Below the pieces are notes generated by a model. The model was not told the origin of the DNA, searched no databases, and worked only from the letters and a program-made list of their open reading frames with translations. DNA of 64,000 nt. It comes from Polyangiaceae bacterium (lineage in GTDB: Bacteria > Myxococcota_A > Polyangia > Polyangiales > Polyangiaceae). The translations under genes and the position numbers were made by a program. This document shows, in pieces, positions 27,654-38,136 of the stretch; within the stretch, counting starts at the first letter, position 1; every line of letters starts with the position of its first letter. The stretch covers positions 1 through 64,000 of the forward strand of contig CBDCTZ010000013.1 in the NCBI GenBank assembly GCA_965222375.1. The letters are read 5' to 3'.

Positions 27654-29009
27654 TCAAGCGGCGTCGCGGAGCGAGACGATAGGCAAGTGGTTGCGGCCTT
27701 GGACGCGCCCGGTCACGAGCTGCAAGCCCGCAACGCGCTGGGCGGGGTCGCCTCGCGGGAGCGGAACGCCCGCGCGAGGCTGCCAGCGCGGCAAGTCACG
27801 CGCAGGCGTGCGCCCATCACGAAACTCCGCAGGGGTAGCGCCACCGAGAGCCATGTGCGGCCGATGCTCATGATACCACTGTACGTAGGCAGCGAGCTCG
27901 GCGCGCATCTTCGGCAAGGAGAGGATCAAGACCGGAAGTCTCCAGAGCATTTCGTCTTTGAGAGAGCGAAAGAAGCGCTCGATGATGGCGATGCTACCGC
28001 TCTGGCCGATGGCGCCGAAGCGCGGTTTGACGCCACGGCGCTTGCACCAAGCCTTGTACTTCTTGGCAAACTGCGGTCCCCGATCGGTGACGATGTGTTT
28101 GGGCGCGGCGCCGGCATTGCGGCGAGCCTTTTCGAGCAAGGAGCACACTTGGTTGGCGGAGGGCTGAGACAGGTACAGTCGCCAAGCCACGACGGAGCGA
28201 GAGAAGTGATCGAGCACGACGCCGATCCAGAAACAAAAGGGCCAGGCTTGTTTCAGCGAATGCGGGACCCAGGAAACCCACCAACCCGAGACTCTTGGCA
28301 GGAGAGACAGGTCGACGTGCCAGAGGTGATGAGGATAGCGAGCAGTCACAACGCGAGGGGTGGTCGCGTCGGTCTCGGTTTCGCCAACACCCGGGTCGCC
28401 AGTAGGCCGGCCTGGCTCGCCCGGAGTCGGTTGCGATGGAGACTTTTCCTTCGAGATCCGGCCTACAGTCGACGCAGCCAGATGCAGGCCAGCGCGAGCG
28501 AGGATGTTTGCGATGCGTTTGACACCCAGGCAAGGAAAGGTGACGCGCAGCGCGCGGACGGTCTCCCGGACGAAGTCCGGGAAGCGATTGACGGGCTCGC
28601 GCATTGCCAACAGCGCATCCGGTCCGTCCTCGTCGAGGCGCTTCATCCAACGAGCAACGGTCTGCGGAGTGACCAGGAACACGCTGGCCGTCCGTGCGAG
28701 AGTCCAGCCCACGGAGCAGCGCAACAAGACGATGGCAAGACGCTCGGCAGGCGGATACTGCGGCCTGCGACTGGGCTCGATGAGCGCGAGGCGGACAGAA
28801 AGGATGCGTATGATCTCCTGGAGCTGAGCAACCTTGGAGACGGCAATGTCGCGCTCGGCGGCGAGACAGACGCGGTTGATGCGACTGTTGAGGCACCAGG
28901 TGCGCACGTGGGTCAAGACGAAGTGAGCCTGTGCGATGGCGTGTTGCACGGCGGTCTTGGTGTGCTCAGGCCAGCAATCCGGCACGGGCACGTTGAAGGG
29001 ATTGGGCAT
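27654..29009 (-). CDS. Integrase-core (rve) DDE transposase with N-terminal HTH; element ~27444-29050, ends uncertain
   Basis: LWHVDLS, VVLDHFSR, IVTDRGPQF, IERFFRSLKDE, WYHEHRPH motifs. Confidence 0.85.
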   Translation of the reverse strand: MPNPFNVPVPDCWPEHTKTAVQHAIAQAHFVLTHVRTWCLNSRINRVCLAAERDIAVSKVAQLQEIIRILSVRLALIEPSRRPQYPPAERLAIVLLRCSVGWTLARTASVFLVTPQTVARWMKRLDEDGPDALLAMREPVNRFPDFVRETVRALRVTFPCLGVKRIANILARAGLHLAASTVGRISKEKSPSQPTPGEPGRPTGDPGVGETETDATTPRVVTARYPHHLWHVDLSLLPRVSGWWVSWVPHSLKQAWPFCFWIGVVLDHFSRSVVAWRLYLSQPSANQVCSLLEKARRNAGAAPKHIVTDRGPQFAKKYKAWCKRRGVKPRFGAIGQSGSIAIIERFFRSLKDEMLWRLPVLILSLPKMRAELAAYVQWYHEHRPHMALGGATPAEFRDGRTPARDLPRWQPRAGVPLPRGDPAQRVAGLQLVTGRVQGRNHLPIVSLRDAA

Positions 29010-29233
29010 GCATCAAAGTATCGCCAGGTCGTGTCTGGCGCAGTCATTGTTTGTGCCAACGGGCGTTCGAGTTTCTGCGCGTCCGCGCAAGATCAAAAGA
29101 CCTGCGGACCCAACGGTTTGATACAATCATCGGCATCGAGCACTCGACACCGCTCACGCAAACGCGGTTGCTCTGTGACAACTCAATAAGGCAGTCCCTG
29201 CGGCACGGTAGTGCCGCAGGGAAGCGGCTGCCA

Positions 29234-29584
29234 TCACGCAAGCGCTTCGCGCACCAAGGCGACAGCCGCGTCGATGTCGCGAACGACCAGCTCGGCGTCG
29301 ACACGCAGGACGCGCCACCCGGCGCGCTGCAGCGCCCGTTCCCGGCGGGCATCCCTAGCAGCAAAGCGAGCATGATAAAGGCCATCAACTTCCACGATGA
29401 GGCGCTGAGAGGGAGCGCACACGTCGACAATGAACCGACCAACGACAAACTCACGACGGAAGCCAACTCCAAGTTGCTTGCCCTTCAAGCGGGACCAGAG
29501 CTTGGCCTCCGAAAACGTCGGATGACGACGGCGCTCGTGAGCGAAGCGAGCGATGCGGGGACAGAAGCGAGACGTGCGATGCAT
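29234..29584 (-). CDS. DUF559 / Vsr-like endonuclease-domain protein
   Basis: PTFSEAKLWSRL..QLGVGFRRE..FIVD..LIVEVDG..H..RD..R..GWRVLR; GGGAGG before ATG 29584. Confidence 0.85.
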   Translation of the reverse strand: MHRTSRFCPRIARFAHERRRHPTFSEAKLWSRLKGKQLGVGFRREFVVGRFIVDVCAPSQRLIVEVDGLYHARFAARDARRERALQRAGWRVLRVDAELVVRDIDAAVALVREALA

Positions 29585-29876
29585 GGTTACCTCCCGGCCC
29601 GCCACAGCGGCTGGGCCTTGCCCACCCACCGCGCAGGCCGCATGACACACGCCAGATCGCAACGCGGCCGAAACCACAGCGTACAATTGCACGCCCGCAC
29701 GCAAACTCAGAGAAGCGTGGCGGGCGGCGTGCGCGCTTTCGGCGAGGCCCGGCCGCTGGGGCGGGCAGGACGACAAGCATCGCCGTCGAGCTGCTGTCGG
29801 AGCACGACGAGAGCACGTGACAGTGGTCGGTGGAACGTCTGCGCGCAAAGGCCGCCATGGGGTGTAGAGTGCTGCC

Positions 29877-30851
29877 ATGAAGACGCCGCACGACGACTTC
29901 TTTCACTTGGTGTTTTCGGAACCAGAAAACGCCGTCGGTGAGCTGAAACACTTGCTGCCACCAGAGGTCACCAAGCGCATCGACTGGTCAACGCTGCAAA
30001 AGCTATCGGTAGACTTCATCGACGAGGAGTTTTCGAAGCGGCGAGCCGACGTGGCCTTTTCGGTCAAGCTCGACGGGCGACAGGTCGTGCTCTACCTGCT
30101 TTTGGAACACCAGAGCACGTCAGACAACCTGATGGGCTTTCGCCTGCTGTCGTACATGGTCCGGCTCTGGGACGAGTATCTTGAGGCGCAGCGCAAAGCG
30201 AAGCGCAAGACGGAGCGCTTGCCCGCCATCATCCCGATGGTGGTCCACCACAGCAAGGGCGGTTGGAAAGCTCCACGGCAGTTTCACGAGCTGCTGGACT
30301 TGGAGCCCGAGACCTTGAAGCTGCTCCGGCCGCTGGTGCCGCGCTTCGAGTACTTGCTGGACGACCTGTCGGCAGCTCGCTCCGAGGAGCTCAAGTCGCG
30401 GGTGATGACGGCGCTAGGCCGGCTGACGCTGCTGAGCTTCAGCCAAGCGCGCAAACAAGTGGATCTAATGCCGAAGTTGCTGGCCTGGCAGGAGCTGTTG
30501 CTGGAGGCCAGCACGGCCCCCAACGGGGTAGCGGCATTGGCGGCGCTGGTGCGCTATATTCTGCAGACCAGCGAAACGAAACCCGAAGACACCCGGCAGC
30601 TGTTTCGGCAACTTGGCCCAAGGCTGGAGGAAGCATTCATGACTGGAGCACAGATTCTCACGCAGGAAGCACGAGCCGAAGGCAAAGCCGAAGGCAAAGC
30701 CGAAATCGTGCTCAAACAGCTCATTCTGAAGTTTGGGACTCTCTCTGCGGAGCAGACTTCGCGAGTGCAGAGCAGCTCCATCGAAGAGCTGGAACGTTAC
30801 GCGGAGCGCGTGATCACCGTCGACTCTCTGGACGACGTCTTCGCTGGCTAG
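29877..30851 (+). CDS. Rpn-family recombination-promoting nuclease / putative transposase
   Basis: PHDDFF, RRADVAFSV, YLLLEHQS, RLLSYM..W, LPAIIPMVVHH and AEGKAEGKAE repeat. Confidence 0.9.
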   Translation: MKTPHDDFFHLVFSEPENAVGELKHLLPPEVTKRIDWSTLQKLSVDFIDEEFSKRRADVAFSVKLDGRQVVLYLLLEHQSTSDNLMGFRLLSYMVRLWDEYLEAQRKAKRKTERLPAIIPMVVHHSKGGWKAPRQFHELLDLEPETLKLLRPLVPRFEYLLDDLSAARSEELKSRVMTALGRLTLLSFSQARKQVDLMPKLLAWQELLLEASTAPNGVAALAALVRYILQTSETKPEDTRQLFRQLGPRLEEAFMTGAQILTQEARAEGKAEGKAEIVLKQLILKFGTLSAEQTSRVQSSSIEELERYAERVITVDSLDDVFAG

Positions 30852-31161
30852 ACGCCAGCAGTCTAGACAAGCTGCAGCGTAGACCGGTCGTCGAAGCTTC
30901 GCACCGACGACCAAGCGCCGCTCAAAGCATCGCGGTTGAAAATCAATGACGTAACCCGACGCCAACCGTCCCGCCCTGCCACGCGCAGCGGCGACTGCCG
31001 CGCGGCTTAGAGAGTCTTCAAGTAGCACTCGCGCGCGCAGGCGCCGCGAGCATGGCTTTGGGTGGGGACCGGCGAGGCGGCGCCAAGATTGTGCACGCGA
31101 CGAAGTTCTTCCGCCCGCGACGAGCGCCGCCGAGACGAGGGGGGGCAACTCCTCCCAAGTC

Positions 31162-34100
31162 ATGGACGTCAACTTCGACGGCCTAGTGGACGTCGTGGTG
31201 ACGACGGGGACGGAGGTGCAGACATTCTTCGCACTGGGGCGCTATCCGGGTGGGGATGGGCAATTCGGGAGCGCGGTGCGCACCGGGCCAACGACGGCCA
31301 CCATATCGAACGAGCCTGTTCGGACGTGTGTTCCGTGGAGTGCCACGCCGGTGCGCTTCAGTGATCCGGACATCAAGCTCGCCGACATGAATGGCGATGG
31401 GATCCAGGACATCGTCAGAATAAGGAAAGGGGACATTCGCTACTGGCCCGGGCGCGGCAATGGCTTCTGGGGCATGGGTAAGCGAGATGATTGTCCTGGT
31501 GGGACGTTCGGCTCGGGGCGGCACATCATCATGGGCACGAGTCCCCAGTACTCGGACATTCAAGGCGAGTCGCTGCGGCTCGACGACGTCAACGGCGACG
31601 GCCTGTCGGACTTGGTGCAGGTGCGATTCACGGATGTGGACGTCTGGCTCAACATCGACGGCGAAGGCTGGACCGGGCGGCACGTGATCGCAGGCACGCC
31701 GGCGAGTCCGAGCTATGCGAATCGGGTCAGGCTGGTCGACATCAACGGCAGCGGGACCCGGGACATCCTGTGGGGCAACGGGGGCAAGTATCAGTATCTC
31801 GACTTGCAGGGCGGCGAGCGCCCGCATGTGCTGACCCGAGTCGACAACGGCCTCGGCAAGAGCACGCACCTGGAATACTCGACTTCGACCGCGGAGATGC
31901 TCGCAGCGGAAGCAGCCGGGGACGCTTGGTCGTCCAAGATGCCCACGGTGGCGCACGTCGTGAAGCGCGTGACCGAGACGGACAACCACGCGGTCGCCGG
32001 CAAGCCCGCTGGGACCTATGTGACGGAGTACACGTATCGCGACCCCGTCTTCGAAGGGCGGCAAAGGGAATTCCGCGGCTTTGCCCGCGCGAGCGCAAAG
32101 CGCATTGGTGACGACAACAGTCCGACGGACATCACGGAAACGCAGTTCCTGCTCGGAGAGTGCGTCGATGAGACGGCTCCCGGTGCCGGGACGGACAATG
32201 GCATCGCAGATTGCAGCGTACCCGAGCGCTGGCGCGACAATCCGCGAGAGGCGCTCAAGGGCTTGCCCTTCGTGACGGAGAAGCGCGACGAGAGCGGGCG
32301 CGTGCTGTCCACGGAGACGATGGCGTATCGGCTTCGCAAGCTGTACACGGGCCTCGATGGCCGCGAGGTGCGCCACGCCTTCGAGACGAGCAAGACGTCG
32401 TATCTGTACGACACCGACAACTTCGTCCCCGCCACCGAGACCGTCACCCTGCCGCGAGTACAAGTCGAGCGCGCGCCCGCGCCAAACGGCGACGCCACGG
32501 TGCCACCTGCGAGCAACGCGGATTGGACGATCGAAAACGGCAGCGTGACGCTCAAGTCGGCGGCGGGCCGCGCGCGGATTCAGAGCACCAGCCAAGTGGA
32601 CGTCTTTGGCAATCGGCGCAAGGCGATCGCGCTCGGCTGCACCCAAGGCTGCCCCGGCGGCACCGACGAGGAGATCACGACGGTCACGGAGCCCGCTCGA
32701 CCCGCAGGCGATCCGACCGGCTGGCTGTGGCGCACAGTACGGACCTATGTTGACGGCAACGTCTACTTCAATGGGATCTTGAAAGAGACGCTCACGGCGT
32801 ATTCCCCCGAAGGCGTTCCGCTGACGAGCACGCAGAAGCTCAGTGGCTTCGAGGCACTCGATCGCTTCCATGCAACCGGGGGCACCGTCGCGCCGCCGCC
32901 AGCAGACGCTTCGAGCGGCGCCGACATCGTTTGGACGACTCAGTACGATTCCTTTGGCAATGTAATCAAGGAGTTCGGGCCGAATGGCCGCTGCCGCGAA
33001 GTGGACTACGACACTTCGTATTCGCAGCTGCCCATCGAGGAGCGCATGCGCACCAACGGCTGCATGTCGGCGGCGCTGACCACGAAGGTCGAAGAATATG
33101 ATCGCGGCTTGGCGCTCGCAACGGACGTCCGCGACATGCAAGCGCAGCCCACGGTCGTGACCTACGACGGCTTCGGGCGACTGGTCACGCTCACGAGACC
33201 CCATCCCGATGCACCGGGGATCCCTTCGCCGGTGCCCAGCGTGATCATCGAGTACTTCCTGCCGCCCGATCTGGGAGCACCGGGGCAAGTCTTCCACTCG
33301 ATCATGCACACGCAAACGCAAGACGCGGAGACGATCGCCGACGGCTCGGAATATCTCGAAAGCTGGAGCTACGTCGACGGCTTCGGGCGCACGTTGGTGA
33401 CGTTGCAAGAGGCCGACCCAACCGAGGACGGCGCGCCCTGGATCGCCAGCGGGCAAGTCGCCTTCGACAACAAGGGCACCGTCGAGCGCAAGCACTTGGA
33501 GAGCTTCTACAGCGGAACACCGAAGGTGTTTCCGTTTGGAGCGGTGCCGAGCGCTCCGTATGGGTCGCAGCGGTACGACGCGTTTGGGCGGCAGAAGTTC
33601 ACGACGGACTTGGATGGGACGATCACGTTGTATTCGGCCTATCACGCGCTTTCGACGGACATGTGGGATGCGGCAGACCTGGAAGCCGGTCCGCACGCCG
33701 GGACGTTTGCGAGTGAGACGAAGGACGGGCACGGACGCACGGCGTTTACCACCGAGCGGTTCCACGAGGGGTCAACCCTTCGAGAAAGGATCACGCGCAC
33801 CACGTACCTGCCAACAAATGAGCCACAAGTGATCAAGCGCGAGCTGGCGGGCTCGAGCGAAAGCGTGACCCGCTGGATGCGCTACGACTCGCAAGCCCGG
33901 ATGGTGCTCAACGTCGAGCCCAACACGACCAAGGGCTACACCGCAGACCCGACGCAAAACCCAACGACGCTCAAAGCCTGGCGCTACGCCTACAACGACG
34001 CTGGCGATCTCGTTGGCACAAGTGATGCGCGCGGATGCGGCATCAACTTCGATTATGACGGACTCGGGCGCTTGCTCAGTGAGGACTACTCGCCGTGCGA

Positions 34101-36753
34101 GGCGCAGCATCAAGCCTACTCGGCGCCCAACGTCGGCGCGCGCACCGGGCTCGAGGTGCTTTACCACTACGATTCTCTGTCGCCGGATCCACCTCCTGGA
34201 TATGGGCAGGTGGCGCCCTTCGTTGTTGGTCGCTTGGTGGCTGTTTACGATCGCGCATCGCTCTCCGTGACAACCTTCGACGGCCGCGGTCGCAGCATAG
34301 ACAGCGCAGTGCGCGTTGCCAAACCCGGCGTCCCCGACGACGCGCTGGCGCAACGCTACGCGCCGCGTTGGTACCAACAAGAGATGTTCTTCGACTCCGC
34401 CGATCGCGAAGTCGCAATGACCACGGGCACGACCACCACGGAGCTCTCTGGCACGCTCGACACGCTCTCCGGCAAGAACACCGCCGTCACCACCACCTAC
34501 TCCCGCCGCGGCACCGTGCAGAGCGTGCAAGGCAGCTACAACACGCTCGTCAAGAAGGTGGTGCGCGCTGCCGATGGATTGCTCGACTCCGTGCAGTACG
34601 GAGACTTGGCTGAGACGCGCACCGACTACGTATACGACATCCGTCGGCGTGTCAGCACTGTGCAGACCTACCGCGGCCCACCGAACGAGTGGAGTGACAT
34701 TCCACCCGCGTACACGCCGCCGCCCATGTTTGGGCCGGATCACCAACCCAGCTTCCAACTGCTGCTGCAAGACGACGAGATCACTTATGACGTCGTCTCA
34801 AATCCCGTCGAAGTGCATGACTGGCGCATTGCGGACGAGTGGCCCGAAGGGGCGAAGCCAGTCACGAAGAAAGCTCAGTACGACGATCTGTATCGAGTCA
34901 AGCGCGTCGACTACCAGTACGCTGCCGGCGACGATGTTTGGAAGAGCCCCTTCGCCGCCGAGAACTCCGGTGACGGCAATCTCCAGGACTCGCGCCGCGC
35001 CAAACCGTCGCCGCACATTGCCTTCGACAAGCGGGTGCTCTCACAGACGTATTCCTACGACTGGCTCGGGAACACCTCGCAAACCGATGACGACGCCCAC
35101 GGATTCTACGATCGCTCGCTGGGGACCATTGGCAACGGCGCGCTGACGGGCGCCGATCCAAAGCCATACCAACTTGCTTCGGCGGACAACCTAGCTCAGC
35201 CCGGCACGCGCACCGGACGCCTCGCAGCTCGCTATGACGATTGCGGCAACCTGACGCGGCTCGCGGTGGACCGAAACGGGATCTGTCTGCCCGAGGACTC
35301 GAGCTGCAACCAACTCTTCGCGTACGAGTGGGACGAAGTCGGACGACTCACCAGAGCGCGCCGATGGGACATGTCGTCCTCAGCGGTCAGCGGCATCGAC
35401 AACCCCCTGCCCTCGGCAAATGAGGACGTCGACCTGACCAACGCCTACGACGCGGGCGACCAGCGCGTCATCAAGTCCGCCAAGAGCGGCCCCGGCGGCG
35501 GCGCCAATGCCGAGCGGCATACGGTCTACATCTTCGCTTCGCTGGAATTGCGCCGCGCTCGCTTCCAAGGCGGTGACTACGAGCTGAGCGAGACCACGGA
35601 AGTCGGCTACCTGTTTGCCAACGGGGTGCGACTGGCTCGCCTCGTCTACGAGCCCCCGCAGCACAACGTGCCTCGCTTTGGCGCGGGGGATCGGCTGCAT
35701 GTGTTCTTCGAGCTGGGAGACCACCTTGGCTCGAGCAGCGTGGTGCTCGACCAAGCAACAGGCGAGCTCGTGGAGCGCACCACGTACGAGGCGTACGGGA
35801 CGACGGAGAGTGACTACCGGCCTGAGCGGTGGAGTGCTTTCAGGGAGGACTATAAGTTCACGGGGAAGGAAGAGGACGTCACTGTTGGGCTGACTTACTT
35901 TGGCAAGCGGTTTCTCTCCACGCATCTGAACAGGTGGGTGAGTCCGGATCCGTTGGCGGTGCATGTGCCGGGGGAGGCGGACCTCAATCTGTACGCGTAC
36001 GTGAGCGGGCAGGTGCTGAAGAACATCGATCCGCTGGGGCTCGAGAAGAAGGCTGCGGATGCTCGCTCGCAAAGAGAGGCGGACGAGATGGTCGCCGCCT
36101 ACAACAAAGCGCAAGCCCGATTTGAACGCGACGCGGCGAAGCATGCCCACCGAATGGAGGAAGATCGGAAGCTAGATGAATTCTGGACTCGGTACTCTCA
36201 CGGCCAAGCGAAGGACAAGGAGACCCAGGTCGCCAGCAAGCGGAGTGGCGCGGCTGAACGTCAGAAGTGGGAACAGAGGAAGCAAGAGTGGGATGCGTTG
36301 CCTCCTCTGCAAAAGGCCTTAGTCGGCGCAGGTCTTGATCGCAAAGAGGTCGCGGTTGCCAGTGAAACGATTGCCATGGGCGTTGGCGGGCCGGGGGGAC
36401 GCGGCCGCGCGGGCAAGGGCAGAGGTAAAGTAACCACGCTTGGCGAATTCTTGAAAGGCAAGGATGTTGCAGCTGCTCGAAAGAATGCGCAGCGCGTTGG
36501 TACTATTGAGGGGACCATCGATCGATCTGGAGCGGCCGCGAGAAGACGCGGGCGAATGAAGGGCATGGCAACGAAGGCAAAACATGACCGAGATGAGTTT
36601 CCACCGGCGGTAATCAAACCAGATCCAGGAACGCCGCACTCCGTGATGCACATTCCGACCACCGCAAACAGGAAAAGCGGTGGTAAGCTCCGTCACGAGA
36701 TCAGTGGATTGCCGAACAAAACACGTGTTCGAATTGTCGTGCCGAAGAAGTGA
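31162..36753 (+). CDS. Rhs/YD-repeat polymorphic toxin with FG-GAP-like and TcdB-mid-like N-terminal part and NucA/NucB-type DNase tip; possibly 5'-truncated
   Basis: DxNGDG repeats, VDNGLG, FEGRQREFRGF, YD repeats, DHLGS, FTGKE..YFGKRF..DPLG core; tip DRDEFPPA..N..SG. Confidence 0.9.
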   Translation: MDVNFDGLVDVVVTTGTEVQTFFALGRYPGGDGQFGSAVRTGPTTATISNEPVRTCVPWSATPVRFSDPDIKLADMNGDGIQDIVRIRKGDIRYWPGRGNGFWGMGKRDDCPGGTFGSGRHIIMGTSPQYSDIQGESLRLDDVNGDGLSDLVQVRFTDVDVWLNIDGEGWTGRHVIAGTPASPSYANRVRLVDINGSGTRDILWGNGGKYQYLDLQGGERPHVLTRVDNGLGKSTHLEYSTSTAEMLAAEAAGDAWSSKMPTVAHVVKRVTETDNHAVAGKPAGTYVTEYTYRDPVFEGRQREFRGFARASAKRIGDDNSPTDITETQFLLGECVDETAPGAGTDNGIADCSVPERWRDNPREALKGLPFVTEKRDESGRVLSTETMAYRLRKLYTGLDGREVRHAFETSKTSYLYDTDNFVPATETVTLPRVQVERAPAPNGDATVPPASNADWTIENGSVTLKSAAGRARIQSTSQVDVFGNRRKAIALGCTQGCPGGTDEEITTVTEPARPAGDPTGWLWRTVRTYVDGNVYFNGILKETLTAYSPEGVPLTSTQKLSGFEALDRFHATGGTVAPPPADASSGADIVWTTQYDSFGNVIKEFGPNGRCREVDYDTSYSQLPIEERMRTNGCMSAALTTKVEEYDRGLALATDVRDMQAQPTVVTYDGFGRLVTLTRPHPDAPGIPSPVPSVIIEYFLPPDLGAPGQVFHSIMHTQTQDAETIADGSEYLESWSYVDGFGRTLVTLQEADPTEDGAPWIASGQVAFDNKGTVERKHLESFYSGTPKVFPFGAVPSAPYGSQRYDAFGRQKFTTDLDGTITLYSAYHALSTDMWDAADLEAGPHAGTFASETKDGHGRTAFTTERFHEGSTLRERITRTTYLPTNEPQVIKRELAGSSESVTRWMRYDSQARMVLNVEPNTTKGYTADPTQNPTTLKAWRYAYNDAGDLVGTSDARGCGINFDYDGLGRLLSEDYSPCEAQHQAYSAPNVGARTGLEVLYHYDSLSPDPPPGYGQVAPFVVGRLVAVYDRASLSVTTFDGRGRSIDSAVRVAKPGVPDDALAQRYAPRWYQQEMFFDSADREVAMTTGTTTTELSGTLDTLSGKNTAVTTTYSRRGTVQSVQGSYNTLVKKVVRAADGLLDSVQYGDLAETRTDYVYDIRRRVSTVQTYRGPPNEWSDIPPAYTPPPMFGPDHQPSFQLLLQDDEITYDVVSNPVEVHDWRIADEWPEGAKPVTKKAQYDDLYRVKRVDYQYAAGDDVWKSPFAAENSGDGNLQDSRRAKPSPHIAFDKRVLSQTYSYDWLGNTSQTDDDAHGFYDRSLGTIGNGALTGADPKPYQLASADNLAQPGTRTGRLAARYDDCGNLTRLAVDRNGICLPEDSSCNQLFAYEWDEVGRLTRARRWDMSSSAVSGIDNPLPSANEDVDLTNAYDAGDQRVIKSAKSGPGGGANAERHTVYIFASLELRRARFQGGDYELSETTEVGYLFANGVRLARLVYEPPQHNVPRFGAGDRLHVFFELGDHLGSSSVVLDQATGELVERTTYEAYGTTESDYRPERWSAFREDYKFTGKEEDVTVGLTYFGKRFLSTHLNRWVSPDPLAVHVPGEADLNLYAYVSGQVLKNIDPLGLEKKAADARSQREADEMVAAYNKAQARFERDAAKHAHRMEEDRKLDEFWTRYSHGQAKDKETQVASKRSGAAERQKWEQRKQEWDALPPLQKALVGAGLDRKEVAVASETIAMGVGGPGGRGRAGKGRGKVTTLGEFLKGKDVAAARKNAQRVGTIEGTIDRSGAAARRRGRMKGMATKAKHDRDEFPPAVIKPDPGTPHSVMHIPTTANRKSGGKLRHEISGLPNKTRVRIVVPKK

Positions 36754-37400
36754 CCTTGGGGCCGTCGCTTAACAAGTTGATCCGTATCTCCAGCGAGCCA
36801 GAGGTTGCGGAGCTTGACGAGCCGGTGGGTCCGTTGCCTGCGGGGATTGACCTGGATGTTCTCCAGGAACTGCTTGCACTCTTGAGAGAGAAGAATGGAT
36901 TCTACGCTTTGGAGTCGGCACTGGAGCTGTTCCCAGCGAACAGCGCGACAGACGTGGACCTGATCAGCTGGAATTCACCAACGGGATGGCGTCGCAGCTA
37001 TCCGAAGATCCCGGCCGCGATGCTGTTTTTCGGCCAAGACGTGGTGTGTTGCCAATTCGGAGTCGGCGCTTCGGGGGTGTGGAAGTTGGAACCTGAATCC
37101 GGCGAACTAGAGCTTTATGCGGACAGCCTTGAGCAGTGGGCCGCTCGAATACTCGAGGACTACTCATATGAGGTTGCATGGAAGCTTGCGCATGACTGGC
37201 AGCAAACCCACGGCCCAATACCCGCTGGAATGCGGCTACTTCCAAAGCAGCCCTTCGTCCTAGGAGGAGATTTTGTGTGCGAGAACATGATGGCTGTCGA
37301 AAGAGAAATCGCCATGCAGAAGCTGGGTAGCCTCCACGAACAGATCGCGAATCTGCCAGACGGAGAAAAGGTCCAGATACATGGGTGGCTGGTGTCATGA
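36750..37400 (+). CDS. SMI1/KNR4 (SUKH)-like immunity protein
   Basis: GTGA overlap with the toxin; NGFYALESAL, WN..W...Y, FFGQD, SLEQWA, LLPKQPFVLGG motifs. Confidence 0.75.
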   Translation: MTLGPSLNKLIRISSEPEVAELDEPVGPLPAGIDLDVLQELLALLREKNGFYALESALELFPANSATDVDLISWNSPTGWRRSYPKIPAAMLFFGQDVVCCQFGVGASGVWKLEPESGELELYADSLEQWAARILEDYSYEVAWKLAHDWQQTHGPIPAGMRLLPKQPFVLGGDFVCENMMAVEREIAMQKLGSLHEQIANLPDGEKVQIHGWLVS

Positions 37401-37410
37401 TTTGCAGCCA

Positions 37411-37633
37411 GCCCCGCGGCGGACGCTCATGAGTCCGGCGCGGGGCGAGCCGCGCAACGCGCACGCGCACCCTGGCGTCGACAGAATGAGCCTGGCTAAT
37501 GCTTCGCTGGCCTGCGGCGCAGCGCCAAACAGCGACGGGGTCGGCCGCTCACCCCGAACTCCATCCGGGCATGGACGCCTTCGGCGCCGTCTGGCCCAGC
37601 GCTCGCATTAGCCAGCCAGTGACGTGGATGGTG
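37411..37633. other. Conserved structured non-coding segment, copy 4
   Basis: Closer to copies 1/2 than to copy 3 in sequence. Confidence 0.6.
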
Positions 37634-37639
37634 ACGCGG

Positions 37640-38014
37640 TCAGCTGGCTTTTCTGGCTGCTAGGAAGGCGTCTATGGTGCGCAGCAGCGCGTCCTGATCG
37701 CGCTTCGGCAGTTGGTCCATCATTTGGACCCGGCGCAGGAAACGCCGGTTTCCAATCGCCCCATTCTTCTTGGCGACCTTCACGCCGAGCAGCTCATCGG
37801 TGGAGACGCCCAGGGCGGACGCGAGACGTGCGACCACGTCGGCGTAAGGGCGAAGCTTGTTCCGCTCGTAGTCCGAAATCACGGCCTGGATCATTCCGAC
37901 CTTGGTCGCTAGCTCGACCTGCGTGAAGCCACGCTCTTTGCGAACGCGAGCCAGCCTGGAGCCGAAGGACTCACTGGAGCGCGAGGCTTTTCCGGAACGA
38001 GAGGTCCGCACCAT
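37640..38014 (-). CDS. XRE-family HTH regulator
   Basis: Few substitutions relative to 19770..20144. Confidence 0.9.
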   Translation of the reverse strand: MVRTSRSGKASRSSESFGSRLARVRKERGFTQVELATKVGMIQAVISDYERNKLRPYADVVARLASALGVSTDELLGVKVAKKNGAIGNRRFLRRVQMMDQLPKRDQDALLRTIDAFLAARKAS

Positions 38015-38136
38015 GAGCCACGAGTCTAAGTGCAGAACAAGAAACCTCCTTGACGAATACAGTGGAGCACTGTATTCGAAGAACAGTTGAAGTCAAGCAG
38101 TTTGCGCTTGACAGCCTTTTCGTCCTGGAGCGTGAG

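Noticed and set aside
27438..29189. 583-aa + strand ORF and other long antisense ORFs (e.g. 31183..33765)
   Set aside because: Shadow frames of real genes in GC-rich DNA.
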